From Bacteroidia bacterium (GTDB taxonomy: Bacteria > Bacteroidota > Bacteroidia > NS11-12g > UBA9320): a stretch of DNA of 64,000 nt. The stretch lies in NCBI GenBank assembly GCA_965216465.1, contig CBDCFW010000006.1, positions 1,152,001-1,216,000 on the forward strand. Reading direction: 5' to 3'. The notes under the pieces are model-generated. The model was not told the origin of the DNA, searched no databases, and saw only the letters and a program-made list of their open reading frames with translations. Position 1 is the first letter of the stretch; each line of letters opens with the position of its first letter. Shown piece after piece: positions 27,133 through 38,253 of the stretch. A program made the translations under genes and the position numbers.

Positions 27133-28116
27133 ATGAGAGTAGCCATCAACGGTTTCGGTAGAATTGGAAGACTAGCCTTTAAATGTCTTCTTGAAAAATC
27201 AAATGTAGAAGTTGTTGCAATCAATGATCTTACAGATAACGCAACACTTGCTCACTTGCTTAAGTATGACTCAGTTCAAGGAAAATTCAACGGAACAGTT
27301 GATTCTAACGATGAGTACCTTATCGTTAACGGAACACAAATCCGTGCAACTGCAGAAAGAAACCCTGAAAACCTTCCATGGGCAGAACTTAATGTAGATG
27401 TAGTTCTTGAAAGTACTGGTATCTTTAGAAGTCCAGAAGGTGCAGGTAAACACATCACTGCAGGTGCTAAAAAAGTTGTAATCTCTGCTCCAGCTTCTGG
27501 TGATATTAAAACAGTTGTTCTTGGTGTTAACGAAGACACTCTAACTGGTGAAGAAACTATCGTTTCTAATGCAAGTTGTACAACCAACTGCTTAGCTCCA
27601 ATGGTAAAAGTTCTTGACGACCTTTACGGAGTTGAAAGCGGTTTTATGACTACTATCCACGCTTATACTTCTGATCAAAGATTACAAGATGCTCCTCACT
27701 CTGACTTAAGAAGAGCTAGAGCGGCTTCAGTATCGATTATACCAACTAGCACGGGTGCTGCTAAAGCGGTTGGACTAGTATTACCACACTTACAAGGTAA
27801 ACTAAACGGTAACTCTTTACGTGTTCCTACTCCTACTGGTTCTGCAACTGACTTCGTTGTTACGTTGAAAAAAGATACTACTGTAGAAGAGGTAAACGCA
27901 GCATTCAAAAAAGCTTCTGAAAACGAATTGAAAGGAATTTTAGAATATACTGAAGATCCAATCGTTTCAGTTGATATAATCGGAAACCCACACTCAGTTA
28001 TTTTTGATGCCTTAACTACTATGGTTCAAGGAAACACTGTTAAGCTAATGGGTTGGTACGATAACGAAGCAGGATACAGTAACAGAGTTGCTGATCTTAT
28101 TTCTAAAATCGGATAA
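27133..28116 (+). CDS. gap: Type I glyceraldehyde-3-phosphate dehydrogenase
   Basis: [26 protein letters not shown]. Confidence 0.98.
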   Translation: MRVAINGFGRIGRLAFKCLLEKSNVEVVAINDLTDNATLAHLLKYDSVQGKFNGTVDSNDEYLIVNGTQIRATAERNPENLPWAELNVDVVLESTGIFRSPEGAGKHITAGAKKVVISAPASGDIKTVVLGVNEDTLTGEETIVSNASCTTNCLAPMVKVLDDLYGVESGFMTTIHAYTSDQRLQDAPHSDLRRARAASVSIIPTSTGAAKAVGLVLPHLQGKLNGNSLRVPTPTGSATDFVVTLKKDTTVEEVNAAFKKASENELKGILEYTEDPIVSVDIIGNPHSVIFDALTTMVQGNTVKLMGWYDNEAGYSNRVADLISKIG

Positions 28117-28138
28117 TCAAAACATCAATATATTAATT

Positions 28139-28166
28139 AAAGGTCGACCATTTGGTCGACCTTTTT
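28139..28166 (+). terminator. Rho-independent terminator after gap
   Basis: aaaggtcgacca-tt-tggtcgaccttt followed by T-run. Confidence 0.8.
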
Positions 28167-28178
28167 TATTTTTACCCA

Positions 28179-29381
28179 ATGCTAAACAAACTGAAAGCAC
28201 TTGGACCCGGGTTGATTTATGCAGGGGGAGCCATTGGCGTATCTCACCTTGTTCAAAGCACCCAGGCCGGTGCACGCTTTGGTTATGTGTTTATTATAGG
28301 TATTGTTTTGGCTCACCTTTTCAAGTTTCCATTTTTTGCTTTAGGTCCGCGCTATGCACAGCAAACAGGCACTTCTTTGGTTCAAGGTTATGCCAAAATT
28401 GGGCCGTGGGCATTAGGCTTGCTTGGGGCAATGACCATATTAACCATGTTTGCTATTCAGGCAGCGGTTACTATAGTGACAGCAGGCTTGGCTCAGCAAT
28501 TGTTTGGACTTGAATTACTCACATGGCAATGGTCCGCAATCTTGCTTGCTGTCTGCTTGTTGATTTTAAGAGTAGGAAAGTTTAAGGTGCTCGATCAGCT
28601 AATGAAGGTAATCATGATGGTTTTGGCAGTATCTACAATCCTTGCATTTATATTGTCTTTCAGAATTGATACGGGCGCTGATTATTTTTTTAACGGAGAA
28701 TTTCAATGGAGAGATAAGGCCGATTTTGATTTTTTGATTTCTTTTTTAGGGTGGATGCCAGCTCCGTTAGACCTAGCAATTAGTTATAGCATCTGGTCAG
28801 TTTCCAAGCAAGCTATCAGTAAAGTATCGGCGTCGAATTCAAAACTCGATTTCAATATCGGGTATTTCGGAACTGCTATTCTTGGTGTTTGCTTTTTAGT
28901 GCTTGGAGCCCATACGTTATTTGGCATGGGCGCTCCAATCTATTCCCGAGCGGGTGACTTTGCTGCACAACTGGTAGAGATGTTCACCTTCAGCTTAGGC
29001 AAAGAATTTTACTATGTAATACTCATTGCTGCTTTTGCAACCATGTTTAGTACTACGCTTACTGTTTTGGATGCGCTCCCACGCGTGATGTCAGAAATAG
29101 GGTTGGCATTTAATGCCAAAGAGCGAAGACTTGGAATGTGGCAAACTAGCTTAGCTTTAGGTGCACTCGTAATCTTAATATTTTTTGTTGAGAATATGAT
29201 TCAAATGGTGAGTTTCGCTACTACAATATCCTTCTTAACCGCGCCAGTTTTAGCCTTCTTAAGCTATCGATTGGTGAAAATTGAAGAAGGCCGACTTAAC
29301 CTGTGGTCAAAGAGAGAAAAAAGCATAGCATTTATTGGAATCATTTTTCTTGCGTTACTTTCAATATTGTTCTTCGTCTAA
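28179..29381 (+). CDS. NRAMP-like divalent metal/APC-family transporter
   Basis: LGPGLIYAGGAIGVSHLVQSTQAGA, GWMPAP, ATMFSTTLTVLDA; about 11 TM helices. Confidence 0.8.
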   Translation: MLNKLKALGPGLIYAGGAIGVSHLVQSTQAGARFGYVFIIGIVLAHLFKFPFFALGPRYAQQTGTSLVQGYAKIGPWALGLLGAMTILTMFAIQAAVTIVTAGLAQQLFGLELLTWQWSAILLAVCLLILRVGKFKVLDQLMKVIMMVLAVSTILAFILSFRIDTGADYFFNGEFQWRDKADFDFLISFLGWMPAPLDLAISYSIWSVSKQAISKVSASNSKLDFNIGYFGTAILGVCFLVLGAHTLFGMGAPIYSRAGDFAAQLVEMFTFSLGKEFYYVILIAAFATMFSTTLTVLDALPRVMSEIGLAFNAKERRLGMWQTSLALGALVILIFFVENMIQMVSFATTISFLTAPVLAFLSYRLVKIEEGRLNLWSKREKSIAFIGIIFLALLSILFFV

Positions 29382-29398
29382 AGAGCAAAGATTGAATT

Positions 29399-30163
29399 TT
29401 GAGAAGAGAATCAAACGACAAATCTCGATCCTCCGTAAAGCAACTGAAGCGTCTAAAAGATGAGGACTTGGTAACTAAGGCCCTTGAAACTGCCAATCCT
29501 ATCTATCTCGAAGAACTCTACGACCGGTATGCTGATAAAGTATATGGAAAGTGTATACAGATGGCAAAGGATGAAGATCTGGCGAAAGATTTATGCCAAG
29601 ATATCCTAATCAAGGCATTTTCGAAGCTCGAAACATTTAACAAGAAAAGTAAGTTTGGCACTTGGTTGTTTCAAGTTACCTACTCCTATTGTATTGATCA
29701 CTTCCGTAAAACGCAGCGATATGTACACAAGCCGTATGAAGAAGAAATGGTTGATTCAGCATTAACCGATAATCAAGACGATGTGTTAGACCAGCAAGAA
29801 GTCGAGCTAAAGCTAACATTGGTTAAAAGAATTCTGAACGATATCCGAATCGAAGAAAAGGTGCTCATACTTCAGAAATATCAAGATCAACTAAGTATAG
29901 CTGAGCTTGCAGAATTGTATGAAACCACAGAAAGTGCAATTAAAATGAAACTCAAAAGATCCAGAGATAAAATTAGAAGGCTATATGAAGAATATAACAA
30001 AGAAGATCCCCATTCAAGATTGGCACAACGAAAATTGAAGGACACAAAAACCCCGAATAATCGGAGAGGCAACAAATCCTCATCCAGTGAGTTTATTGTT
30101 ACGCTAAAAATCTCACTGTTTGCCTTGATTTATCATGTCTTTCCTAACTATAAAATTTCATAA
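29399..30163 (+). CDS. ECF RNA polymerase sigma-70 factor with C-terminal extension
   Basis: LYDRY, AKDLCQD, SKFGTWL, SIAELAE...SAIKMKLKR. Confidence 0.88.
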   Translation: MRRESNDKSRSSVKQLKRLKDEDLVTKALETANPIYLEELYDRYADKVYGKCIQMAKDEDLAKDLCQDILIKAFSKLETFNKKSKFGTWLFQVTYSYCIDHFRKTQRYVHKPYEEEMVDSALTDNQDDVLDQQEVELKLTLVKRILNDIRIEEKVLILQKYQDQLSIAELAELYETTESAIKMKLKRSRDKIRRLYEEYNKEDPHSRLAQRKLKDTKTPNNRRGNKSSSSEFIVTLKISLFALIYHVFPNYKIS

Positions 30164-30242
30164 CCACCCATGCAACTTATAGAAACCCCTTCTCCATAGG
30201 AGATTTGAGATAAACAAACCCAACCCCAATAACCTTAATATT

Positions 30243-30407
30243 ATGAACTTTGAAATTATCAAGAAATTAGAGCCTCAAAAACAACTGCCCAAGTCCATGA
30301 AATCACATGTGCTTAAGCAGGCAATTGAGCAATTGAAATCGACTACTCCGCCAAAGCTGTCAACCCGAAATGTTATACCCGATTCGAAGGCTTGGTGTTC
30401 GGTATGA
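30243..30407 (+). CDS. Small 54-aa protein downstream of ECF sigma (below ORF-track cutoff)
   Basis: MNFEIIKKLEPQKQLPKSMKSHVLKQAIEQLKSTTPPKLSTRNVIPDSKAWCSV*; A-rich leader typical of Bacteroidota starts. Confidence 0.45.
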   Translation: MNFEIIKKLEPQKQLPKSMKSHVLKQAIEQLKSTTPPKLSTRNVIPDSKAWCSV

Positions 30408-30579
30408 TCCTTAACATCTCACCTCTAAGTCATTTGTCAATTAAATGTGGGATTTCGCCGGTTTGAGATAATCAGAATTGTGCTACCTTCGTTTTACTAC
30501 CAAAAGACTCCTAGCAGGTGCTTGTTATGAAATACTATCTCATTATGAGCTACTTGTTATTGGCGGTAAAGCAAAGAAG

Positions 30580-31134
30580 ATGATTAAGCCACGAAAAGGA
30601 AATGTATTGATTTCGGAACCGTTTCTACCGGATCCAAACTTTAGTCGTTCGGTTATCTTACTTACAGAAAACAATGAAGATGGAACCGTTGGTTTTGTAC
30701 TGAACCATAAAACCATTTATACAGTAGGAGCTTTAATTGAAGAATTAGACTTCGTACAAAGCGATGTGTATCAAGGCGGTCCTGTCGAATTGGAAAGCTT
30801 TCATTACTTACATACCTATCCAGAAATATCTGGAAGCTCACAAATCACGGATGGCATCTATTGGAGTGGTGATTTCGAGGAAGTGTGCGAAGGACTGAAA
30901 AGCGGGAAGTTCGAAGAGCGTAATTTTAGGTTTTTTGTCGGATATAGCGGCTGGGCAAGGAATCAACTGCGTGCTGAAATGGCCGAAAAAACATGGCTTG
31001 TTAGCAAATTGAACGATGAAGAAATTCTTAATCCCGACTTGAGCGATGAAGAATTATGGAAACATGCCGTAAGACACCTCGATGGAGACGATTCTTTGTT
31101 AGCAAATTCTCCAGTCGACCCTTATCTGAACTAA
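30580..31134 (+). CDS. YqgE/AlgH family protein
   Basis: DPNFSRSVI, GFVLN, GGPV, FFVGYSGW..NQL..E. Confidence 0.92.
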   Translation: MIKPRKGNVLISEPFLPDPNFSRSVILLTENNEDGTVGFVLNHKTIYTVGALIEELDFVQSDVYQGGPVELESFHYLHTYPEISGSSQITDGIYWSGDFEEVCEGLKSGKFEERNFRFFVGYSGWARNQLRAEMAEKTWLVSKLNDEEILNPDLSDEELWKHAVRHLDGDDSLLANSPVDPYLN

Positions 31135-31155
31135 AGTGTTTATCTTTGTTCCTCA

Positions 31156-31608
31156 ATGGATACAATCTTAATAAGCTCGCATAGTGTGATGCGATGGGCA
31201 GTAGTTTTATTCGGACTCTACGCCATTACAAAATCAGCTAGAGGCTTGATGAAAAATCAAGACTACACCCCAAACCACAACATGGCAGCCACGCTGTTTG
31301 TTGCTAGTGTTCACCTGCAAGCTTTATTAGGAATTTTACTGTACCTAGCACGTAATTGGGCTTCAAACTTTGCCGACATGAGTAACATGAAAAATGCCAC
31401 TTTACGATTCTGGACTGTAGAACATGCTATCGGAATGCTGGTTGCCGTAATACTGATCCAAGTAGGAAGATCTAAATCTAAAAAGGCAACAGATGTACGT
31501 AAGAAACATAAAACTTCACTCATCTATTTTGCTATCGGATTAATACTGATTTTGGCAATGATACCATGGCCATTTAGAGAAGAAATTGGACGAGCACTTT
31601 GGCCTTAG
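31156..31608 (+). CDS. Conserved four-TM membrane protein (cytochrome b-like)
   Basis: HS..RW, HLQ.LLG, RFW.VEH, IPWPF. Confidence 0.7.
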   Translation: MDTILISSHSVMRWAVVLFGLYAITKSARGLMKNQDYTPNHNMAATLFVASVHLQALLGILLYLARNWASNFADMSNMKNATLRFWTVEHAIGMLVAVILIQVGRSKSKKATDVRKKHKTSLIYFAIGLILILAMIPWPFREEIGRALWP

Positions 31609-31612
31609 AATC

Positions 31613-31957
31613 ATGAACGAAACTAAAGATCAAATAGTCGAAATTCTGGAACGAGGTCGCACTTGTGTCTGGAACAAATCAACCAACGAGGTTGTTGAAG
31701 TTGCTGATGAAAAATCAGAACATACCGGAACAGTGATTATTCCGCCACAAAGTGTCTTTGTATTTAAGCTTATGGAAGAATATACTTCTAAGGTAGATGA
31801 CTTCGAAAAACAATCACAGCTGATGGAATCTTTAAGCTATGAACGACCATTTGCAACCTTCAAAGACAAGGTCTATAAACTACGTCTTCAAGGCGACTGG
31901 CAAAAATTTAGAAGGCAGCGTTTTGTAGAATGGTTAGAGAATACCTACGAAATTTAG
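31613..31957 (+). CDS. UPF0158-like protein
   Basis: FKLMEEY, RPF..FK, W..FR, EWLE. Confidence 0.6.
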   Translation: MNETKDQIVEILERGRTCVWNKSTNEVVEVADEKSEHTGTVIIPPQSVFVFKLMEEYTSKVDDFEKQSQLMESLSYERPFATFKDKVYKLRLQGDWQKFRRQRFVEWLENTYEI

Positions 31958-33124
31958 TACACTAAATTTTTCTCAATAAGTTCTTTTAGCTCGTCAATGT
32001 TCTGATTGTTCTTGGCTGAAACAAATACCACGTTATCATTCAACTTTGCCATCCACGTTTTTTTCAGCGTGGCAATATCATAAATCGCCTCATCTTCAAA
32101 AATGTCTTCGTGAGTTGCCTCAGGATTGTATTGATCAATTTTGTTAAATACGGTAACGATTTTTTTGTCAGAAGCACCAATTTCCATTAAAGTTTGCGTC
32201 ACCGTTTCCATTTGAGCTTCAAACTGGGGATGTGAAACATCCACCACATGCAATAAAATATCAGCCTCTATAACTTCATCTAAGGTAGACTTGAAACTTT
32301 CTATCAATTGGTGAGGAAGCTTGCGGATAAATCCAACCGTATCCGAAAGCAAAAAAATCGTTGGAATTGGTTTTGTTTCGGTAGGAGGAAATACCACTTT
32401 TCGAACAGTAGAATCTAAAGTCGCAAACAACTTGTCTTGTGCAAGCACGTCAGACTTTGCTAATAGATTCAAGATGGTCGATTTTCCAACATTAGTATAA
32501 CCAACTAAGGCTACACGCTTTTGTGATTGCCTGCTTTTTCTTCTTGTAAACCCTTGATTGTCAATTTTTTTTTAGCTCATTCTTAAGCTTGGCGATTTTA
32601 TCACGAATTACCCTTCGGTCAGTCTCAATCTCCTTCTCTCCTGGTCCCTTCATTCCAATACCCCCTTTTTGCTTTTGAAGGTGAGTCCACATCCGGGTCA
32701 AGCGAGGAAGTAAGTACTCACTTTGTGCAAGTTCTACCTGGGTTTTGGCCTGTGCTGTTCGTGCGTTTTTAGCAAAAATGTCAAGAATTAAGCTGCTTCG
32801 ATCTACAATTTTACAGTTAAACTCCTTCTCTAAGTTTCGAATTTGAGACGGACTAAGTTCATCATCGAATATAGCCAAGTCTATCTCGTAGGCTTTTATA
32901 TATGCCCCTATTTCGTCAATCTTTCCTTTTCCTACATAGGTTTTCGGATTGGGATGATCTAAGCGTTGTGTAAAGCGTTTCAGCGTTTTGGCTCCAGCCG
33001 TGGTGGCTAGAAACTCCAACTCGTCTAAATATACTTTGCTGCTTTTTAACGGCACATTTTTTGGCTCTACACCAATTAAAATGGCCTGCTCTGTTTTCTT
33101 ACTATTTTGTACTTGAAATTCCAC
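31954..33124 (-). CDS. hflX: GTPase HflX, interrupted by a single-base frameshift in an A9 run (32565-32573)
   Basis: N-half GKGK/ILDIF/GPGEKEIETDRR; removing one A joins to KIDNQ...VALVGYTNVGKST, DTVGFI, NKID, VSA. Confidence 0.9.
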
Positions 33125-33171
33125 TAGAAGAAATTGTTCTTTAAATTCGTTCTTAGATTGTTAAAGTAATC

Positions 33172-34634
33172 GTGCAAAGGTACAACCTAAATATCCGAAT
33201 TCTACTTCTATTGGCATTTGTTGCCATAGCAAGTTTAGGGCAAAGCCAGGTTTTACAATGGAGTAACCCAACCAAGCTTAGAGGCACCGCCATCTTTACT
33301 AAAGTTGTGGGTGAAAATGAGCATGGGGTATTCATGATGCGGTACCGCAATCGATTTTATACCAAAAATGTAATCCTCGAAAAATACGATCATCACCTTT
33401 CATATCAACTAGGTAAATCTATTGAGCTTAAGAATGCACGTTTAATTAAAGTAAAGCTGATGAAAAATGGAGTTTTGATTATCAAATCTTCGTTTGGACG
33501 CAAAAACGAAACCAATCAACTTTATGCTCAGCTTTATAGTTTCGATTTCAAACCAATTAGTCGAGAGGTTTTGTTGGTTGAAACACCTGTTCGAACGTAT
33601 GGAGATAGAGGAAATTATCGCGTGCGAATTAGTGATAATCAAGAACATGTTGCAGTGGTATTTTCAAATCAAGACGAGCAAAAAAAACATCAACTTATTT
33701 CAAAACCTCTATACTGCCCGACCTTACTGTAGTGAGCAAAAGCGTCGCAAACATCCCTGTGCCTTTCGACAACTTTATCGTACAGGATTTTATGGTTACT
33801 AATGCAGGTCAAGTAAGCATATTAGGTAAGACAATTCAACGACAAAGAAGAAGAGTGTTGAACTCAACTGTAGGCTTATATCGTCTCTCTGATTCAACAT
33901 TTCAGCAGTATCTTCTTCCAGACTCTGTTGAAATTAAGCATTCAAAGCTGGTCTATGACCGAATGCAAGATCGAGTGAAAGTAGTTGGTTTTTATGGCGA
34001 TAAGGAGCATTATGGTATAGAAGGAACTGTGTTTTACTCGCTTGATAGTAACGATAAGCCCATAACGCTGTTCAATAAGTTTAGTGAGGATTTTATAAAG
34101 AAGGCAACTGTTAACGATCGTAACAATGGAGCCATGTCAGAAGGGTTTTCGTTAATTTCTATCGTACCCCGATCAGATGGGGGTGTTTTGTTGGTTGCCG
34201 AACAGAAAGAAATTGCTACCGAAGATGATATCATCATGGTTAATGGAATTCCTCAAAGTACCTCAAAAAACATCTACAACTTCAACGAAATTTTGGTGAT
34301 GAATTACGATCAAAATGGATTTATGGACTGGTTTGAGGTTATCACCAAAAATCAAACAACCATCAACGACGGTGGATATTTTAGTTCGGCAGTGGTTTAT
34401 GTAGGCGATAAATTTATCCAACTGTTCTATAACGACCAGCTCCGATCTTCTGGAGATGTTGTTCAGTACACAATCTATAACAACGGAAAAAGCGAAAGTG
34501 CCAATCTCTTAAAAGCCGACCTCGACTATGTAGCAATCATACCCGTAGAATCGAAGCAAGTTTCTTCGAATAAAGTTATTATTCCTACATCAAAAAACCG
34601 CAGATTTGCATTACTCAAAATAATCTACGATTGA
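33172..34634 (+). CDS. Conserved Bacteroidota secreted protein, split by frameshift in an A8 run (33680-33687)
   Basis: Adding one A joins ...QDEQKK to TSTYFKTSILPDLTVVSKSVAN... giving one open frame of about 487 aa; signal peptide only on first part. Confidence 0.6.
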
Positions 34635-35533
34635 TCCAATATCTAACACGAAATATTGCCACAGCCATTGCCGTATCAGCCGTACTTTTTTTGAGCTACA
34701 TGGCGATATTGGGAGATTATTCAACTCAATCCTTAATTAAATTTGGCTTACTGCTTTCACAAGGATTAATACTGAACTATTTGTGCTTTCGTTTCGGAGT
34801 ACTCGGGCAGAACTCAAGCCTGCCGTTGGTCTTGTTTAGCATATTGTCCGTTCTAATTGCACCCCTTTTGTCGTTGGGTGATTTGGTGTATGGAGTTATA
34901 TGGCTGGCTGCATTTTTCTTTGCGTTTGAAAGCGGTGAAAACCCACATAAATCTAGAAATTACATTATTTATTTTGGTGTTCTTTTGGGCGTTGCTCAAA
35001 CCATTAATAACATAAGTGTATTGCTCCTTATTCCGGTGTTTATGCTTTTTATTCAAACAGGTGCGAGGAGTTTGCGTGATTTCGTTTTGAGCATCTCCTA
35101 TTTTGTAATGGTCGTGATGAGTTTTGTGGGCGTGCTCTATGTTATGGAGCTTCAAGATAAGCTCTTTCAGCTCATTCCACAGCTAACTTTCGACTACTCT
35201 ACATTTAATAATATTATGATTAAATTGTTGCTACCATTTGTGTTTGCAAGTTTAGTTGTACATTATTTGAAGCTGAATGGATACAAATTTCGCTATCCAA
35301 ATCAAACAAAGATTCTGAACTATACCATGCTTATTCAGCTGGCCATAGCTGTAGCCTTAATATTGTTAACTGCAGATGCAAATTTCTTAATCTACTTTGT
35401 TATGCCAGTAGTAGTAGTGTTAAGTTTCATGTTCTTGTATACCAGCAAGAGCATCTTCTCTAACGCGGCATTTTTAAGTTTGATTTGTATCGCTCTTGCT
35501 TCACTCTGGATGTATAAAATATTAATTTTGTGA
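34631..35533 (+). CDS. Polytopic membrane protein (DUF6427-like)
   Basis: About 9 hydrophobic segments; overlaps upstream stop codon. Confidence 0.6.
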   Translation: MIQYLTRNIATAIAVSAVLFLSYMAILGDYSTQSLIKFGLLLSQGLILNYLCFRFGVLGQNSSLPLVLFSILSVLIAPLLSLGDLVYGVIWLAAFFFAFESGENPHKSRNYIIYFGVLLGVAQTINNISVLLLIPVFMLFIQTGARSLRDFVLSISYFVMVVMSFVGVLYVMELQDKLFQLIPQLTFDYSTFNNIMIKLLLPFVFASLVVHYLKLNGYKFRYPNQTKILNYTMLIQLAIAVALILLTADANFLIYFVMPVVVVLSFMFLYTSKSIFSNAAFLSLICIALASLWMYKILIL

Positions 35534-35579
35534 GGCTTGCATTATTCGTTTTCTTTGCATAGCACAAATTGTAAGATTT

Positions 35580-36143
35580 ATGAACGAGGATATTAAATTG
35601 GTTTTAGAAGAACTTAAAGTTCAATTGGAGAAGAGTCTAGCACACGTGGTTTCTGAAGTTGGGAAGTTAAGAGCTGGTAAGGCTATGCCTGCAATGCTTG
35701 ATTCTGTACAAGTTGAATACTATGGGAGCAAGGTTCCGCTATCTCAAGTAGCCAATGTTAATACTCCTGATGCTAAAACCCTAATGGTAAAACCATGGGA
35801 AAAAACCATGCTTGAAGAAATCGAACGTGGAATTATGTATGCGAACCTCGGACTAAATCCTCAGAACGATGGCGAACAAGTAATTATCAATGTTCCACCG
35901 CTTACAGAAGAAAGAAGAATGCAACTTGTTAAGCAAGCTAAAGGTGAAGCAGAACATGGTAAAATTGGTTTGCGAAGTGCTCGTAAGGATGCCATCGATA
36001 CCATTAAAATGCTTCATAAAGATGGTTTAAGCGAAGACCTTGCAAAAGATGCGGAAGGCGACGTTCAAAAGTTGGTTGATGAATATGGGAAGAAAATTGA
36101 TCAAGCCATTGCTCAGAAAGAATCTGAGATTATGACCATTTAA
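35580..36143 (+). CDS. frr: Ribosome recycling factor
   Basis: LRAGKA, VEYYG, LGLNPQNDG, PPLTEERR. Confidence 0.97.
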   Translation: MNEDIKLVLEELKVQLEKSLAHVVSEVGKLRAGKAMPAMLDSVQVEYYGSKVPLSQVANVNTPDAKTLMVKPWEKTMLEEIERGIMYANLGLNPQNDGEQVIINVPPLTEERRMQLVKQAKGEAEHGKIGLRSARKDAIDTIKMLHKDGLSEDLAKDAEGDVQKLVDEYGKKIDQAIAQKESEIMTI

Positions 36144-36775
36144 ATCCACAAGTGGGATGTGTTGTTTCGTTCCACAATCTTAAAATTGTTTTCTTGATGC
36201 TCCAGCACGTACAAGCTTAAATTGCTGTGCTTGAACTCATCCATACGTTCTAATGGAGTGCCCGTTAGAAGGCACAAAAAACTCCTGAGTGCCCGCCCAT
36301 GCATGCAGATTAAAATTAGTTTCTCATCGGTTCGCTTCATAATCTTTTCTAAACCTAGTTTTTGCCGCTTTTGCATTTGATTTGGAGATTCTCCTCCTTC
36401 AACACTTCGGTCAAGTAATCCTGCTCTCCAATCATTTATAATTCCATTGTACACACGCTGACTGTCCGGAGTTCCCTTAAGTCCTTCAAAAAACCCCCAA
36501 TTGATTTCATTGAGTTCAGAAATAGCTTCTATTTCAAATCCCGATTCTTTAAAAGGAGATACGCTTTGTTTGGTTCTTTTAAGGTCGCTGGTGTAAATCT
36601 TATCAAACGACTTATGATGATAGGCTTTGTAGAATTGCTGGGCTTGATTTCTTCCTGTTGAGTTCAAATCGCTATCTACTCCGCTTCCCTGAATGATTCC
36701 ATTTTTGTTGTAATCAGTTTCTCCATGTCGGATGATGTATATAGTTTTATTGACTTGCACAGAAGGAGGATGCAC
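36140..36775 (-). CDS. Histidine phosphatase family protein
   Basis: RHGET, SDLKRT, LNEI.WG.FEG, HG. Confidence 0.9.
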   Translation of the reverse strand: MHPPSVQVNKTIYIIRHGETDYNKNGIIQGSGVDSDLNSTGRNQAQQFYKAYHHKSFDKIYTSDLKRTKQSVSPFKESGFEIEAISELNEINWGFFEGLKGTPDSQRVYNGIINDWRAGLLDRSVEGGESPNQMQKRQKLGLEKIMKRTDEKLILICMHGRALRSFLCLLTGTPLERMDEFKHSNLSLYVLEHQENNFKIVERNNTSHLWI

Positions 36776-36862
36776 AAATCAAATAAAAACTCGATTCAAT
36801 TCATAATTAAAAAAAGTAGTAAAACCCAAACTATTCAGCCTTACTTTGCAGCACCTATTTTT

Positions 36863-37279
36863 ATGATTCCTTATAAGTCCTTAAAAATTGAAGAACTAAA
36901 TGCCTTTCAAGCCAATAGCATGGCCGAGCACTTAGGAATGAAAGTGGTTGAGATTGGTGAAGATTTCTTAACCATGTCGATGCCGGTGAATAGTAAGGTG
37001 CATCAACCTATGGGATTGTTGCATGGTGGTGCAACAGCAGCGTTATCAGAAAACGTTGCAAGTCTAGCCGGAAGTATAGTTGCGGGCAAAGAGAAAGCCT
37101 GTGTTGGCTTAACACTGAACATTAATCACCTGAAGAGTGTTAAAGAAGGATTGATTTTTGCCACAGCAAAACCAATACACTTGGGTCGCAAGACACATGT
37201 TTGGGAAGTTGAAACTAAAACTGAAGAAGGAGTATTGATTGCCGTAACAAGAATGACGTTGGCTATAATAGAAAGGTAA
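36863..37279 (+). CDS. Hotdog-fold thioesterase (DHNA-CoA thioesterase MenI-like)
   Basis: HQPMGLLHGGA, NHLKS, HLGRKTHVWE; adjacent to chorismate-binding gene. Confidence 0.85.
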   Translation: MIPYKSLKIEELNAFQANSMAEHLGMKVVEIGEDFLTMSMPVNSKVHQPMGLLHGGATAALSENVASLAGSIVAGKEKACVGLTLNINHLKSVKEGLIFATAKPIHLGRKTHVWEVETKTEEGVLIAVTRMTLAIIER

Positions 37280-37281
37280 TA

Positions 37282-38253
37282 ATGGATATTAATAATATTG
37301 GAGCACTAGTATATCTGCCCGAAGAGCAGAAAATAGAATCTTATTCAGTAGAGAATCTAGAATCTTTTACTGAAATTGATGCCTATTGGATGCAGCATGA
37401 GGGTTTACTATTTTATCCGTTTGACCGAACCAAGCCTGCATACTTCTTCAACAAGAAAGCTGTAGATACACCCGTGCTTGAATTTGAGTTTTCTCCAAAC
37501 ACGCAATTATCTAAGGAGGAGTATCTTACAAGTGTGTTTATGGCACAGCAAGCAATGGGTGAAGGTGAATTCTCAAAGGTTGTACTGGCTCGAAATGAAA
37601 TAATTACAGGGGATTTTAATGCCGAAGAAACCTTTCAAAATGCAGTAACTCGATACCCTAAGTCATACGGTTATTACATTAATCTTGGTGAGCAAAAATG
37701 GGTCGGGGCCTCCCCAGAATTATTGCTTCATTTTGAAGAAGGAACGGTGTATACCATCGCCCTAGCTGGAACCAAAGAAGAAGGAGAGGAGTTTACTGCT
37801 AAAGAGCAGGAAGAACAAGCCATGGTTGAACAATTTATTGAAGAGAAGTTCATTAAGGTTGGGCTAAGCAATTTTGCTAAATCTGAAAAACAAGAAGCTA
37901 AGTTTAACAACATAAAACATCTTAAAACGGCGTATACTTCGACGTCTACTCCTGAACAAGCTTTAGAATTGCTAAAGCACATGCAACCTACGAGTGCTGT
38001 TTGTGGACTTCCGCGAGATACTAGCTTTGGATTTATTCAAGAGTTTGAAACCATGAATCGAAGCTTTTATAGCGGTTTAACCGGTGTGCTCCGAAAAGAA
38101 AGTGCAACCTTCTTTGTAAATCTAAGGTGCATGCGTTTTTATGGAAATGAAGTTGAGCTTTTTGCCGGGGCAGGAATTACAGCAGAATCAAATGCTGAAG
38201 CGGAGTGGGAAGAGACGAATAAAAAAATTCAAACCATCAAGCACTTACTCTAA
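37282..38253 (+). CDS. menF: Isochorismate synthase (MenF-like)
   Basis: KVVLAR, GASPELL, ALAGT, PTSAVCG.P, R.FYSG, VNLRC, AGAGI. Confidence 0.8.
   Translation: MDINNIGALVYLPEEQKIESYSVENLESFTEIDAYWMQHEGLLFYPFDRTKPAYFFNKKAVDTPVLEFEFSPNTQLSKEEYLTSVFMAQQAMGEGEFSKVVLARNEIITGDFNAEETFQNAVTRYPKSYGYYINLGEQKWVGASPELLLHFEEGTVYTIALAGTKEEGEEFTAKEQEEQAMVEQFIEEKFIKVGLSNFAKSEKQEAKFNNIKHLKTAYTSTSTPEQALELLKHMQPTSAVCGLPRDTSFGFIQEFETMNRSFYSGLTGVLRKESATFFVNLRCMRFYGNEVELFAGAGITAESNAEAEWEETNKKIQTIKHLL

Noticed and set aside
33494-33802. 102-aa ORF spanning the frameshift
   Set aside because: Third frame ends quickly; the other two frames join cleanly with one added A
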